DNA from: the human T2T-CHM13v2.0 reference genome, Homo sapiens
NCBI RefSeq assembly: GCF_009914755.1
Contig: NC_060934.1
DNA: 64,000 nucleotides
Strand: one strand, 5' to 3'
Part shown: positions 1 to 14,451 of the stretch, piece after piece
Numbering within the stretch: position 1 is the stretch's first letter
Layout of the letters: every line of letters begins with the position of its first letter
Translations under genes and position numbers: made by a program
Notes under the pieces: generated by a model
What the model saw: only the letters and a program-made list of their open reading frames with translations
Databases searched by the model: none
Told to the model about the DNA's origin: nothing

Positions 1-784
1 GAGGATAGGGCAGGGGGTCTCCTGGTAACCAGTCCCCAAAGCCAGGGCCATTCCCTCTCCTTCCACCACACTCCTTAACCCCCTTTCTTCCCAATAAGAG
101 CAGAGAAGTAAGGCTGGATTTGAGTCATTAGAGTTGGAAAGGATGTTAGAGATAGAGTGGCCTCCATGGTAAACTGAAGAAAAGCATTTTCAACTCCCTG
201 CCCACTGGCGGGAGCCAAGATCCTTCTGTCCAGCCTTGCCCTGGGCAGGGCTCTCGGGTAATGGCAGTATCCCCACTGCCCTCCCAGTGCCACCCGCACC
301 GTGAGGCAGGCGGAGGCCAGCTCCTCCGAGCTTAGCTGTGCCTGAAGACCTCTCACACGCCAGCTCTGCTCCTGCCCGTGACATGGAAGGAAACACACGC
401 AGACCTTTGACAGCCACAGGCACCTCCTGATCCTCTCGACTCTCCCTGCATGTCACATCACTCCCACCGCCCAGGCCTCAGAAAGGACTAAGTGGGGAAG
501 GAAGCTGAATTTGTCTCCCACACGTGACTGCCTTTGCTCATGTTCTGGGGAAGACTATCGGCCTTCTAGAGGGCACCTGTCTAGTCAGTATTCCTCAAGC
601 GTAAGGGCATTGGGAAAGTTCTGCCACTTCACAAATTACCAACGGTCTCCACTCCCAGTAACTGTTCTTACAGCCAGGAAGCTGGCCCCAGGTTTTTGTA
701 GTGGTGACTAGCTGAAGACTCTCCCCACCCTCATACCATTATAGAGAACTATCTTTAAACAAGAGTTGGCACTGTAGTTAGATA

Positions 785-1702
785 GTATGGAACTGGCAGC
801 CCCAGAACAACCTAGAAAAATCAGGAAAAAAAATGCATGGGTTTTAAAATGACCATACAGTGGGTGTTTTCTATATGAGTAGTTAAAGGACTTTATGTTT
901 GGTGTTGGTTCATGATTTCCTCATAAGGGTGAGGCTCAAATTATTATTTGCTCTCAGTCTGTTTTGAGTATCTTGTGCTATTGGCACTGGCAAGGCTCTG
1001 GGGCAGGCACACATCTGGGACAGCCTCACTCTTGGCCCTTCTAGCATGGATGGTCTCATTTATATATGGAGATGCACACGTAAATCAAGAATCCTGCTCT
1101 ACTGGAAATGCACTTTTACCTCCAAATTGTCCCCTTTTATAGGAACTGTACCTTCACTTCCATACTTATAGGACAGGATTTTGTGCCACGTGACAACACC
1201 ACATTATCACTACTAACCCCAGTCACAGGGGACTGGTTCAGGGTGGGCAGCTTCTCAAATAGAATCAATGGCTCCCTTTCTTGGGCGTTTTCGACTTTAG
1301 ACCAAGGGAGTTTCCAGGAGCTGACATAGTAAATCATAAAGCTTAGGGCAGAGAGCAGCTAAGACTCTGCCCAGTTCCTAACGGGTCATTAACTAGTACC
1401 CATCGCGGCCTGGGGGTTGGAGACCCCTGCATTAATGTATATACACATTTATATCAATGGACAGAGAGAAATGCAGTTATCACTTAGGAGGGCTGAAGGA
1501 GCAAATGAAGTTTCTGTTTCTGATTTATTTTAGGGTTGGGACTTGGGCATTGTGTAAAAGAGTCCACAGGGGGAGACTCTACACATTTGCATAATGCCAG
1601 CTAACTACTCATATAGAAAACACCCATTGTATGGTCATTTTAAAACCCATGCATTTTTCTTCCTGATTTTTCTAGGTTGTTCTGGGACTGCCAGTTCCAT
1701 AC
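785..1702. repeat. ~101-bp inverted repeat pair (785-885 / 1602-1702)
   Basis: Near-perfect reverse-complement match, about 3 mismatches. Confidence 0.93.
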
Positions 1703-2641
1703 CATGGAAGGGAGGGAGGGAGGGGAACCTAGAGATACAGGGATGAGAAACTAAAAAACTTGTTTTGGATTTCTTAAGATACCTCAGTTCCCTTATCATA
1801 ATTCACTTTTTCCTTATGCTAGTTTGAGCTGGATTACTAGTGCTTGCATTCAGAAGAATTTAATATATCCACTGCAACATAATGCATTCTATAACAGAGT
1901 GCATCCAGAGTGCCACTGGAACTTCCAAATGGTAGGGACGTAGCATAGGGAAGAACAAAAAGAGCTATACTCACATAGTACCTACTGTGTGCCAGGTACA
2001 TGCATTAATGCAGAGGTCCCCAAACTTTTTGGCACCAGGGACCGACTTCATGGAAGACAATTTTTCCACAGACCAGAGGGTGGAGAGGATGGTTGTGAGA
2101 TGATTCAAGCTCGTTACATGTGCACTTTATTTTTATTATTATTACATTGTAATATATAATGAAATAATTATACAACTCATCATAGTGTAGAATCAGTGGG
2201 AGCCCTGAGCTTGTTTTCCTGTAACTAGACGGTCCCATCTGGGGGTGATGGGAGACAGTGACAGATCATCAGGCATTAGATTCTCATAAGGAGCGGGCAG
2301 CCTAGATCCCTGGCATGTGCAGTTCATAATAGGGTTCGAGCTCCTACGAGAATCCAGTGCTGCCACTGATCTGACAGGAGGTGGAGCTCAGGCAGTAATG
2401 CTCGCTTGCCCCCCACTCACCTCCTGCTGTCCGGCCCAGTTCCTAACAGGCCACGAACTGGTACCCATCACTGCCTAGGGGTTGGGGACCCCTGCATTAA
2501 TGTATATACACATTTACATAAATGGACAGAGAAAAATGCAGTTATCACTTAGGAGGGCTGAAGGAGCAAATGAAGCTTCTGTTTCTGATTTATTTTAGGG
2601 TTGGGACTTGGGCATTGTGTAAAAGAGTCCACAGGGGGAGA
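1369..2641. repeat. ~208-bp direct repeat pair (1369-1576 / ~2434-2641)
   Basis: High-identity copies including the MER1 3' end, its TSD and the flanking unique sequence. Confidence 0.93.
2011..2494 (+). mobile_element. MER1 (MER1A-like) hAT-Charlie DNA transposon
   Basis: Terminal inverted repeats cagaggtcccca / tggggacccctg and 8-bp TSD cattaatg (2003-2010, 2495-2502). Confidence 0.88.
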
Positions 2642-4449
2642 AACTGAAGAATGAAGAGATGGTGTAGACCCTAAGACTCTACAATGTCTAGGGCCTCTGG
2701 GGAATAGCATTAAGAGTTGGCTCTGAAGAGGACAGGGAGGAAAGGCTTCTGCTTCACTTAATTTCACAGGGACATGTTCCCAAAACCTGGCATTTGCCTA
2801 ACTCCTACTCCTTTACACTGTACATGGCAATTTTGCATAAACATCTCATTTGTACCTCTAAATAACCCCAGGATACAAGAGGGCAGACACTCTACCCTAA
2901 TTTTACAGATGAGAAAAAGACAAGTGGCTTGCCAAAGCCACATGGCCACCCAGCTGTTTTGTCATATGTAAAGTGAGGTTTTGAACTTGGGCCTTCCACC
3001 GGCAGTGTTGAACCTGGCACCTGGCATGCTCTGCCAGCACAGCTGATGCTGGACTCCCAAGTCCAGTGCTGTTGCTGTTATCTGCCATGGCTCTTCCTGG
3101 CTCCGGCCCATCTCAGAGGCAATCTGGTGATGTCTCCTAATAACTGAGGGTCATTATCTGCTTCTCACACCCATTAAAACTGCTCTTTCTAGGACCCTCT
3201 GCAGCTCAGGGCCCCTGTGGTGCAGAGCTCAGGTAGGAGTCACTCAGACGATGACTGTGCTATAGCATTTACTATACACCAGTCACTTTTCTAAGGGGCA
3301 TGCATATGTTAACTAATTTATCTTAATAACTCTATGAACCAATTGCTTTGATTATCCTCATATTCAGATAAATGAAGTGAAGCAATGAGAGTCCTAATTT
3401 ACTGAATAATACCCCACTAGCAAATGATGGGGCCAGGCTTGGAGCCCTGGCAGCCTGGCCCAAGAGCCTGTGCCTTTTGGCATAGTCCCCTCAATATGGG
3501 GACCATCTACCCCAGTTTACCCAGGGCAGTATCTGTTTCCACCTTTCATCCCAGCTTAATCATTAATAGCATTCATGCCCCTGTCCCATGAAGTTCACAG
3601 GGACATGGTCAGTTTGTCTGAATTCATCGCAAAATAAACAGGTTCCATTAAGTTAAATTGCTGTTTTGTTTTGTTTTGTTAGCAGGGAGGGGTCACTCCT
3701 GCTGAGCCACAGCCATCTTTCCGCCTGCACTGTTGCACGCAAAAACATATCAACTTAAATGATAAGCCATATAGTTCCCAGGCCCACAAGAGCCTAAAGG
3801 GCTTCAGGAGCCAAAAGTACTTCCATTCTGGGCCCTTTAAAACCTCTCCTGGATTTTGTTTTCACTTTCTGTAACATTATTTACTTTATTGTTTCCAAGA
3901 TCCTCACACACTGGCCCTGGAAAGTTGTTTTGGCATGTTTGCGTCTCTTTTTCACACCCCCTCATCTGAGTATAGTAGTAACTTTTGTGTAGCCTTTAAA
4001 CAGATAATAGTGTAACCTTCATTAACTTAAAAACCTAGGCTGTGGCCTCCTGACAGTCATGCTAGAATATTTGCTCGACTCTCTGGGCTGTTTGGGCAGT
4101 GCCAGTCCTGCCGGTAGGTGTCAGGCACTGCGGCAGAGCTATGGGGAGGGCCACATGTGAGGGCCGTTGGCAGCCTGCTTCCTCCCATTCTCCTCTTAGT
4201 ACATGTAAATGTTATATATAGTATAGTAAATGTTACGTTAACATTTAAAGATCATTTTGTAAATTCCAAAGCCAAATCTTGAGTTTCCAAGTGATTTACA
4301 AACAAGCGCATATACTTCTCTAGTATTCTTACAAACTGGGCTTTTAGTGTGGTAAATACTATTCCAGAAGGTCTTGATGAATTGGTTTAGGAATCCTCTG
4401 GTGAAAGATCTGCACCATCACAACAGATGACACCACTGTAGAATCTTTT

Positions 4450-4753
4450 GTTTCTCTTTTGAACCAGGGTCTTGCTCTGTCACCCTGTCTGAAGTACAGT
4501 AGCACGATCATAGCTCACTGCAACCTTGAACCCTGGACTCAAGTGATCCTCCTGACTCAGCTTCCCAAACAGCTAGTACTACAGGCGTATGCCACCACAC
4601 CTGGCTCATTAAAAAAAAAAAAAAAAAAAATTTGTAGAGATGGGGTCTTGTTATATTGCCCAGGCTGGTCTTGAATTCCTGGCCCTCAAGCAGTTCTCCC
4701 ACCTCAGCCTCCCAAGGTGCCAGGATTACAGGTGTGAGCCACCATGCCCAGCC
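4450..4753 (-). mobile_element. Alu (J-like)
   Basis: Dimeric Alu, flanking agaatcttt repeat. Confidence 0.85.
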
Positions 4754-4813
4754 CTGCAGAATCTTTAATTCCTCTTTTCACCAGAGCCATCCCTGGCCTC
4801 TGCAGCCTTTGAC

Positions 4814-5128
<315 letters not shown>

Positions 5129-6068
5129 CAACTTTATTTTCTTCCTGCATTTTCCCCTGTTTTCATGAGGCGTTGCCTTATCTAACGTGCCATGCCTGTT
5201 TGTGTTTGGGTTCACTTTTCTTTTCATAATCCAAAGAATCATAGATCATACCAAAGCCAGTCATCTGGCTACTACCAAAATGAGTTCTGCCTCTGAATAC
5301 AAAGATGACCTCTGGTGTAGTCTGGTACCTTTTGGCTAGTTTTTCTCCAAATTTCTATCTAGGTACCACTGCCTTCCCAGGGTAGCGGCAGTCTCAGGCC
5401 ATCTGTTTCCACTGAAGTGGTCAGCTGGTCCTGAGGCCTCCTACCCCAATGGACAGTGACTGTGTCATTCAGGATGGAGGTCAATTGTCAGGCAGCCAAG
5501 GAAGAAAAATACAACTGATTTTTTAAAAAGAGGTCCAGATCAGGGGAATTCAATTAACAGCCTGTAGCCTAGTTATGCCAAATTCATTTTCACATGGTTC
5601 ATGCATCCTGAAAAGGGTAACTAGTTTGCTGGATTTGCATATTTCAATTATAAGTTGAATTAAATGCAGCAGCTGCGAGCATCTTTTTCTTTTTTTGCTT
5701 CCAAAACAATGAGTCAGAATTAATCCACAGTTATATTTTCCCCAAGCACAGCAGAAAAGTTATGTGTGTATTGTCAGGAGACAAAAATAAATTGTTACCC
5801 TAACCCTTTTGTCCCCCAGTTATCAGCTTTAAGCCTCATGGAATGAGCAGCACAGAGGGTGACTATTGAGAGAACACAGTGAGATAGTTTGCTTTTAAAA
5901 ATCCTTGACATCACCAAGCCTTCCTTTTCTTCTCCCTGCATTTCTAGTCCACCAAACATCTACTACCCTGAGCAAGAAGATGCCTAGGAAATCAACAGGT
6001 GGTGATTCCTGGGCTTATGAGATGAACAGTGGGACTGGAAGAGCAATTTTCAAAAATGAAACCTATCT

Positions 6069-6250
6069 TGTTGGGGCTCAGGACACACCACCCCAAAATA
6101 TGACTGGAGGAGACTAGAATATGCCACCCCAAAATATACTTCTCTGGCATATTTTGAGCTGGTTATTCTGAGAAACTGCAGACATAGGACTAGCTCTGAA
6201 AAGCTGTCACTTTGTAAAAGAAATCTACATCTACAAAGGAAATCTACATT
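6069..6250 (+). mobile_element. ERV1 LTR fragment (MER34-like), truncated by an Alu right monomer at ~6255-6430
   Basis: Starts tgttggggctcaggaca...ccccaaaatatg; same family as the copy at 32612. Confidence 0.6.
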
Positions 6251-6251
6251 A

Positions 6252-6494
<243 letters not shown>

Positions 6495-6768
6495 TTACCC
6501 AGCTCCTTAAGCCCAGTTCCCCTGTGCTGCAGTGTCCAACAGCAGACACATTTCTCGTGTCAGAACAGTTATTTCCTAGAGGTTTGTGGGGTTTTAAAAA
6601 TTACCTTCAGAGAATGTTTACCTCTAGCAGGAAAATGCTTCAGTCCAAACCAACGCCCCCTCCATGCTTGTGTGCATTGCTGCGCATCATGTGAACTCAG
6701 GACAGAGAATGGGCAGGAGAAGGTGAATCTCAGCCTAATGCCTGGCTGACATGGGAGCATAAGGCTAC

Positions 6769-6927
6769 CTGGTCTGTTCATGAAGTCACAGTGGCCTAGG
6801 CCCGCAATGTCTATCCTCTTCATAAAAAGCACCATGCTTGTTAGGTTGGCTTCCTGCATTTCTGCTGGCTTCAGTGGCGTCATGTCTTTGGAGGCAAATT
6901 CTTCAGTGTACAGGCAGAAAAATTTTC
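6769..6927 (-). CDS. DHX32: DHX32 coding exon 6 (GKFFCLYTEE...DFMNRP), 159 nt; the gene continues beyond the window start
   Basis: Acceptor gtcttttag|, donor CAG|gtagcc; GK.F.LYTE and the start of the winged-helix domain; 91-nt intron to the previous exon. Confidence 0.95.
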
Positions 6928-7018
6928 CTAAAAGACACCAAGAAAAATGGCTTTAATATTTCTGGGTTGCCTGCATACAAGAATTGACAACATTTAGTAT
7001 TTGTGTCCACAGCACTAC

Positions 7019-7118
7019 CTGAAGAAGATGAGCCAAGAATCTGCTTGCGTATCTCTGCCTGGCTCTGGCTGATGGGCTGCATGACGAGCGAGTTTGCTCT
7101 TATTCTCGGGTTGTACAC
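7019..7118 (-). CDS. DHX32: DHX32 coding exon 5 (VYNPRIRANSL...GSSSS), 100 nt
   Basis: Acceptor ccatttaaag|, donor CAG|gtagtg; VYNPRIR..SL...PIS resembles DHX15/Prp43. Confidence 0.95.
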
Positions 7119-7600
7119 CTTTAAATGGAAAGACAGCATCATTAGCGTCAGATAAGTCATGATTCAGTAGGCTCACTGATCCTGAAGAGAATATGCTGCG
7201 CAGTACTTTACTCCATGAAATGCACTGCCACAGACTCATTTTCTTTGCACGATATTTATTATTGTTTCACTTGCCTTGAGATGGAAACTGCAAGTGCTTT
7301 GATAAATGGATTTAAAGGTTGTCTGCTTTCATTGTGGCTTCAATAACTATGAGACCTTTGTGTCATCTGCTGAAATACTAGCACTGTCACTTCTCAAAGC
7401 ACTGTACTGGTGAATGATAACATATGCTCATATGTCACACAGAGAAAGGGTTCTCACCTGATAGTGCCATGTTTCTTTATAGTTTTGTTCAAATCAACCA
7501 GGATCTTGGTGGTCTCACCTTTACAACACATACTGAGAGTTCCAATCATAACAGCTAATACAGAAACTGCGTATGGCACTAACAATGATTTTCCTTACAG

Positions 7601-7719
7601 GTGGTTCACGGGGGCAAGTGACAGCCCTGGTTTCTCTGAAGGCTGGACTAATTCAATCAAGATCAACTCTAAGTGATTTCCAGGGAACCTTCATGACTGT
7701 TGGAATTGCTCTGTCATAA
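7601..7719 (+). CDS. BCCIP: BCCIP isoform alpha terminal coding exon (GSRGQVTALVSLKAGLIQSRSTLSDFQGTFMTVGIALS*)
   Basis: Branch point cactaac (7577-7583), acceptor ttccttacag|7601, 38 full codons then TAA at 7717-7719; peptide recognised as the BCCIP-alpha C-terminus; the tail-to-tail BCCIP/DHX32 overlap is established. Confidence 0.9.
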
Positions 7720-7910
7720 TAAGTCAGGGATATTTAGGAGGCTCATAGTCTCCTGGAGGGATAAAACATCTCGGCACCTAGTAATGGTAAATTAGTCAAT
7801 ATTTGTTAGTTTCGTTTGAGATCTCAAATGTTAGGATTTTCTGAAGTCTCAGTGTCTTTCAGAGTTTGAGATACCTTGTTTTCATTTTTTCTAATTTTTA
7901 ATTTAAAAGT

Positions 7911-8154
7911 AATAAAGAATATTTTGTAATGATTAGGATGAAAATTTTATCGTCAATTATAAGCCAAAATTTGCTAAAATTAAAGTCAGTATACTTGAAA
8001 CAAGTTTCTAGTAAGTTCTCTGGGGTAAGATACTAATTACTCTGATAAAGGGGCTATCAAAAAAATCCAGTAAATTGTTCATAAGAAGAGATCAGTTTAA
8101 GAGTCAAACAATTTGCTTTGCTAGTACCTTAGCTAAAGAAAAAATACTATTAAA
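7911..8154 (+). terminator. BCCIP: Candidate polyadenylation signals of the BCCIP-alpha 3'UTR (AATAAA 7911-7916; ATTAAA 8149-8154)
   Basis: Hexamers downstream of the stop codon; which one is used cannot be determined from sequence. Confidence 0.55.
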
Positions 8155-8436
8155 GATGACTATCACCTTTATGCTCTAGTAGTTGAGTCTTCCCTCAAAA
8201 CTTTCTCCTTTGGCAGCTCAATCAATTTAATTCATTTCCAAACCTCCAACATGCTAATGGAATCAAGACTTTTGTTACTGGCTGCAATAATTCTTCTTTG
8301 CACTCATGACCAAATTCAACGAATCCCCAGGTCACATAGTTCATCCTCACTTCCTGATCAGTAAAATGGTAGGAAACTGAGAAACTAGTGCTTGACAACG
8401 ATCAGCAGTCTGTTTAGCCTACTCAATAATAATTAC

Positions 8437-8679
8437 CTTTCTTCTTTCCACACCCACATCGATAACAAATCTGACTGAGTTGCTCCAGATCAAAAACTCT
8501 CCAGAGCTAGTAGTTAACACCACTCTTCTTTGATAAACTTGGCATCTTTTTTCTGTTTCATCGAGTGGCTTGAACAATGAACATTTCTCTTTTGGATACA
8601 AAGGAACAACCACCAGTTCTCCAAGATCTGGGTTTAGGTTAGATCCTTGATAGACAGTTTCACAGACTTTCTCAATATC
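8437..8679 (-). CDS. DHX32: DHX32 coding exon 4 (DIEKVCE...VGVERRK), 243 nt
   Basis: Acceptor ttttctttag|, donor AAG|gtaatt; PLY, RRVVLTT and FVIDVG motifs of the RecA2 domain; phase 0-0. Confidence 0.96.
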
Positions 8680-9419
8680 CTAAAGAAAAAAAAACCCATG
8701 AAAATAAAATACAATGCAAACAACATCACTATTAAAAAAATGTCTGAATTACAAAAAATTTTAGGCAATACTACGTAACAGATACAGGGAAAGAAATCCC
8801 TGTGTTGCTGCCTACATGTATCTTTAAATAAGTAAAGATGCACCTAAATGAGAAAACGTCTTTGGGGAAGTTAAATATAATTTATATTGTTTTCCCATTT
8901 AATTTTGTTAGATTTCACTAAAAATCTAAGTAAAAAAGATGACTTCCCACAACTGCCATAGTTTTTACAGCTCAATTCCATTCTCTAGGTCTCTAGCTTA
9001 TGTCTCTTTCCTTTCCATACCATTTGTAGAATGGGATTGAATTAACTCAAGGGTTTTGTAGGAAGACAGATCCATCTAGAAAAATAGCAAGGTATCACAG
9101 GTCACTGAGAACTAGGTGAGCTGTGCTCGTTTCCTGGTCTGCTAAGTGGCTCCCAGGAAGCTGGGCAGAGGCCGCTCCAGGGGGTCCCACATCAGCTGGT
9201 ACACAGGTACGGTCCCTTGCTTGCACTTCCTTTTTCCACATATAATTGAATTACTTGGGGCAGATTTTTTACCAAGCAAACAGCATGGCTGTTGATCCTA
9301 ATGAGTGAAAACTTGCCAATTGGAATAATGAGAACAAAACGTTTTCTCCATTCTTATAATTCTGATTACTTCATTTTACTCCACATATTAAGGAAGGATT
9401 GTTTAGAAATTAAAAGGAA

Positions 9420-9780
<361 letters not shown>

Positions 9781-9880
9781 TTAGGAGGACACGCATTCAT
9801 TCCTCCCAGATGAGTCCATCAAGCAAGCTTCTCACTGGTGCAACTTAACAGCTAACCTGGATTTGGAAAGGGGTATTTGA

Positions 9881-10225
<345 letters not shown>

Positions 10226-11123
10226 CAAGATAAACTTTTTATTGCACTGAAATATTTACTTTTATTCTCCTAGAAGATGTGGGAAAAATAATTATGGCCA
10301 CTAATTCTTTATTTGGTTCTAGCTGCTAAAACTTTTTAGTCATAGGTGAATTCTTCGGTCTAATGCTCTCTCACTGAGCTATTTTGGCTGTCTTGTAAGT
10401 TGGTTCTAATGTTGAATTTTGTTCCAAATGGCAATAAAAAAGAATTTTTAAAATCTTCAGAAGGGAAAAAGCAGAGCAAAACAGAAATAGATAAATAGTT
10501 TAGGCTCCTCAAGCACAGCTGATACAGGGCTTTAAGGCCATAATCTGCAGAATTTGGGGCAGAAAAGCTTTAAAAAATGTGCATCTGGTACTTCAGACAT
10601 TTTGTTTATTCATTTCCTTGATTCTTATTCAATGTATGTGGTTTATTTACATACGCATAACTTTCCTATAACTACCTGCACAGTTACGGAAAACAGCAAC
10701 ACCCACTGAAGGACGATATCTAGCAGACATCTAGCTCACCAAAAATGAAAGAAGATCCACAACTGCATAAAACATTTCCCAGGAAAACCTCCAACCTAAA
10801 AACACCTTTGTGATAGTTTATTACTGTACAGTAATCTGGCTACATATTATCGTAAATCTCAATGTATGTTTTCTGCTTATTTCATATTTTGTCTTCCGGT
10901 TAAAAGACAGCTAGGTGATAGGAAACAACACGCTAAACATTCAGGGCTCTAAGTCTCAATTAAGTGCCAAGACACAGGGCAGCCTGTGAATCACAGAGAT
11001 TAATTCACAGCAGGTGTGGTGCTAGGCAAGTGGCTGGAGAAAATGTGACACACCTAAGGCAAATGCACTGCCGTTTCACCAAAATGTTTGAGAATATTTC
11101 TGTAATTTAAAACATACTTCTTA

Positions 11124-11445
<322 letters not shown>

Positions 11446-12375
11446 AAATTTTAAATGACAATTAATACATTTGTATTAGACTGGTTGAGTTTGTTTTCAC
11501 ATGATATTTAAGTGCTACGGTAGGTTTTAAAGCTTTATATAGAAATCAAGAAAGCATCAAATAGCATGGGGGGAAATGATCAATAGCTGTTAGCACTGAT
11601 TTCGGTGCAAGACAAATCTTTCCAAGACACAAATCCCAATCCATAAGAGATGAGAATCTTAATGAGGGATCCTGACAAAAATAGTAAAAAAGAAAAGTCC
11701 ATCAGTATACTGAATGGTGTTCTGCTTGTTAGGCAGTAGATGGGGTAAGGAAAACCAGATAACACCTGTGGAATCCAAGGCTGAAGCAGGAGAAAGAAAC
11801 CTGGTGCCCAGGTAAAGTCTGCTGAAGCCAGCCCAATGTCAGTGGCTGGCTTGCTGCCCCACCCACAGGGCAGGTCGGCTGTTGAGCCCCTGAACAATGA
11901 GGAGCTCACCTTTAGAGGGTCCAGTGCTCCGCCTGGGTCACAGAGGCTCAGAATTACAAAATCCTCTGGTAGCTTTCATGGCACTCTCACTTTAAGACTG
12001 CAAGACTGATGGTTTCTTAATAGGAATGCCTTTCCAGCCTGCCTTCAGGGGAAATTACATACCTCTCCAAGTCCTGTGGCATTTACAGTTTCTACTACCA
12101 GCCTGGATAATGATGCATGTTCTAAAGTTGACAGTTCAAAAGTCACTCTACAATTAATTATAGTTTATATTAAACTTATAAGAATCATGTACTCTAAGAC
12201 CATCTGCACCTCAGTTCTGTTATGAGCTTTATTTTCCAAGATCCAAAATCCATTTCCAAATCCATTTAGGAATTTTTGCTTACCCTGACTTGAAGGATTA
12301 CACCCATCCTATCAGTCTTAATTGCATTTTTTTCTTGCAGAAATGTATATCCTGGTTTTTTTTTTTTAATTTTTC

Positions 12376-12676
12376 ATTTTTTTTTTTTTTCTAGAGACAG
12401 GGTCTTGCTCTGTCACCCAGGCTGGAGTGCAGTGGTGCAATCATAGCTCACTGCAGCCTCAAACTCCTTAGTTCAAGCAATCCTCCCACCTCAGCTTCCT
12501 GAGTAGGTGGGACTACAGGCCTGAGCCACCATGCCTGGCTAATTTTTTAATTTTTTTGTTGAGATAGGGTCCTGCTATGTTGTCAAGGCTGGTCTCAACC
12601 TCCTGGCCTCACGTGATCCTCCCGCCTCAGCCTCCCAAAGTGCTGTCATTACAGGTGTGAGCCACAGTGCCCGGCC
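12376..12676 (-). mobile_element. Alu (J-like)
   Basis: Dimeric Alu with poly-T. Confidence 0.85.
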
Positions 12677-14078
12677 TACGTCCTGTTTTTCACCTGGCAA
12701 TTCTGACTCTCAAATATATTAGATTTGCCATTCTTCCCTTCCTTAGGCTTCATCTGTTTACACTGAGAACCTCCAACTGTTTTCATAAATCCTATGTCTC
12801 CGTAATCATTTTATTATTTTCCTCAGGACTTTCTTGAATATCTTGAATCATGCAGGATGAGATGATAACAGAATAAATCACTGTAATAGGCAGATTTGCT
12901 ATTCAAGAGAATGTATATCATATACATACAAAAAATGATAAATATGCAGTCATATTGAGGTTCTAGAAACAGATACATTTAAGAAAACTAAAGTTCCCAA
13001 AGCCAGAAGGAGCTGTCATCCTTTATGCTTTGAGTATAAAATAGAATAAATACTTCTGAAAGTGTTTCTGAAATATGTGGATGTTCAAGAAAAGGCTCTG
13101 ACAGACAGCTGAGCCACTTATCTGTTCAGCTGTGGCTCAGCCTACATCAAATAATTTCCTTTTTGGTTTCTGTTTAATGAGTAGAACCACTACATATATG
13201 GGTCATGGTCTAAAAACTCATGCTTCTCCTCTCTGTGGGAGAAGACAGGGAAAAAAGGCCAGGCAATTAGTCTCCATGAAGAGAGGTCTAATTCTGGAGA
13301 TCCTGGAGGCTTTTAGATTCAGCCAACAGAGTAGTGGGGAAAGAAATAGGGCCAGTGTAGCTGCAATTTAAAAAAAAAATGCAACCCCAAATGGTACCTT
13401 GGCTGTCTAAAAGCAGTAACAGAATGGAAATGATGCTTGATTGCACATTTCCAGTCATTCTTTTAAAGAGATGTTTTAAAGAAATCTGAGTTAAAGGTTT
13501 TTTTTTTTTTTTGTTTGTTTGTTTGTTTTTTTTTTTTTTAATCTTTTAAGAATGGAGCCCCAGTCCAGGGAGATGACCTTTTCGGGTGGGCTATATTTTC
13601 TGCCCATACTCCACTGACTATCACAGGACTGCTTGTGGGAAATGTTGTGTTACTTAACTCTATGGTGAGTGCTTAGGTAATAGTCCTGATCTCCAACAAA
13701 CACACCTGCTCACAGGGAGGCAGTGGAGAATGTCAGGGGAGTCGGCATGCACCTACTGTACCAAGAGACAATTCACAGCAAGCATAAATAGAGCCAGCTG
13801 TGCCTTTGGGGCAGCCACTCTCTGGCCTGAGCCTGCTGGAGGGAAGTTGGCTCTGGAGATCATGTCTAGAGACTCCTCACCCATATTTTGTTTTCAGAAC
13901 TGCATGTGATTTTAGAAACACTTCCTGTTCTCCTTTCAGCACAGGTTTTATTTAATGAGGTGTGATGAAACCAAATATTTAAACAGTTAATTAGCAAACT
14001 GAAACCTGTATGTTAGTTATTAAAAGCTTCCCAAATGAAATACCTTATTACTGTAAGGTTAGAGTATCACTTACTTAC

Positions 14079-14451
14079 TTGTTCACAGGCCAGAAAGACT
14101 ACAATGTCACCTTTCTCACCCGAGTGGTGAATTTCAAAGATAAGGCGTAAAATAGACTCAAAAGAATCCTTTTGAGCCTCACTAAGGTACACAACCTCCA
14201 CAGGGTGTTTATTTTTCACTTCTATGACAGGCACGTTTCCATAATAAGAATTGAGTTTGCTGATCAGGTGAGGTGAGGAGTTAATTATGAGCTTCAGTTC
14301 TGGTCTTGCTAGTAAAACATCTTTAAGAAGTCCAAGTAACACATCAGTTGCAATGCTTCTTTCATGAATATCATCTAAGATGATGACCCCATAGCTACCC
14401 AAAAAAGGATTGGACATCATTTCTCTTTGCAGCATATCATCAGTACAATAC
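14079..14451 (-). CDS. DHX32: DHX32 coding exon 3 (YCTDDML...DDIHER...VFLACEQ), 373 nt
   Basis: Acceptor tctttatag|, donor CAA|gtaagt; contains motif II (IILDDIHER) and motif IV (GDIVVFL); cumulative CDS 849 nt, in frame. Confidence 0.97.
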
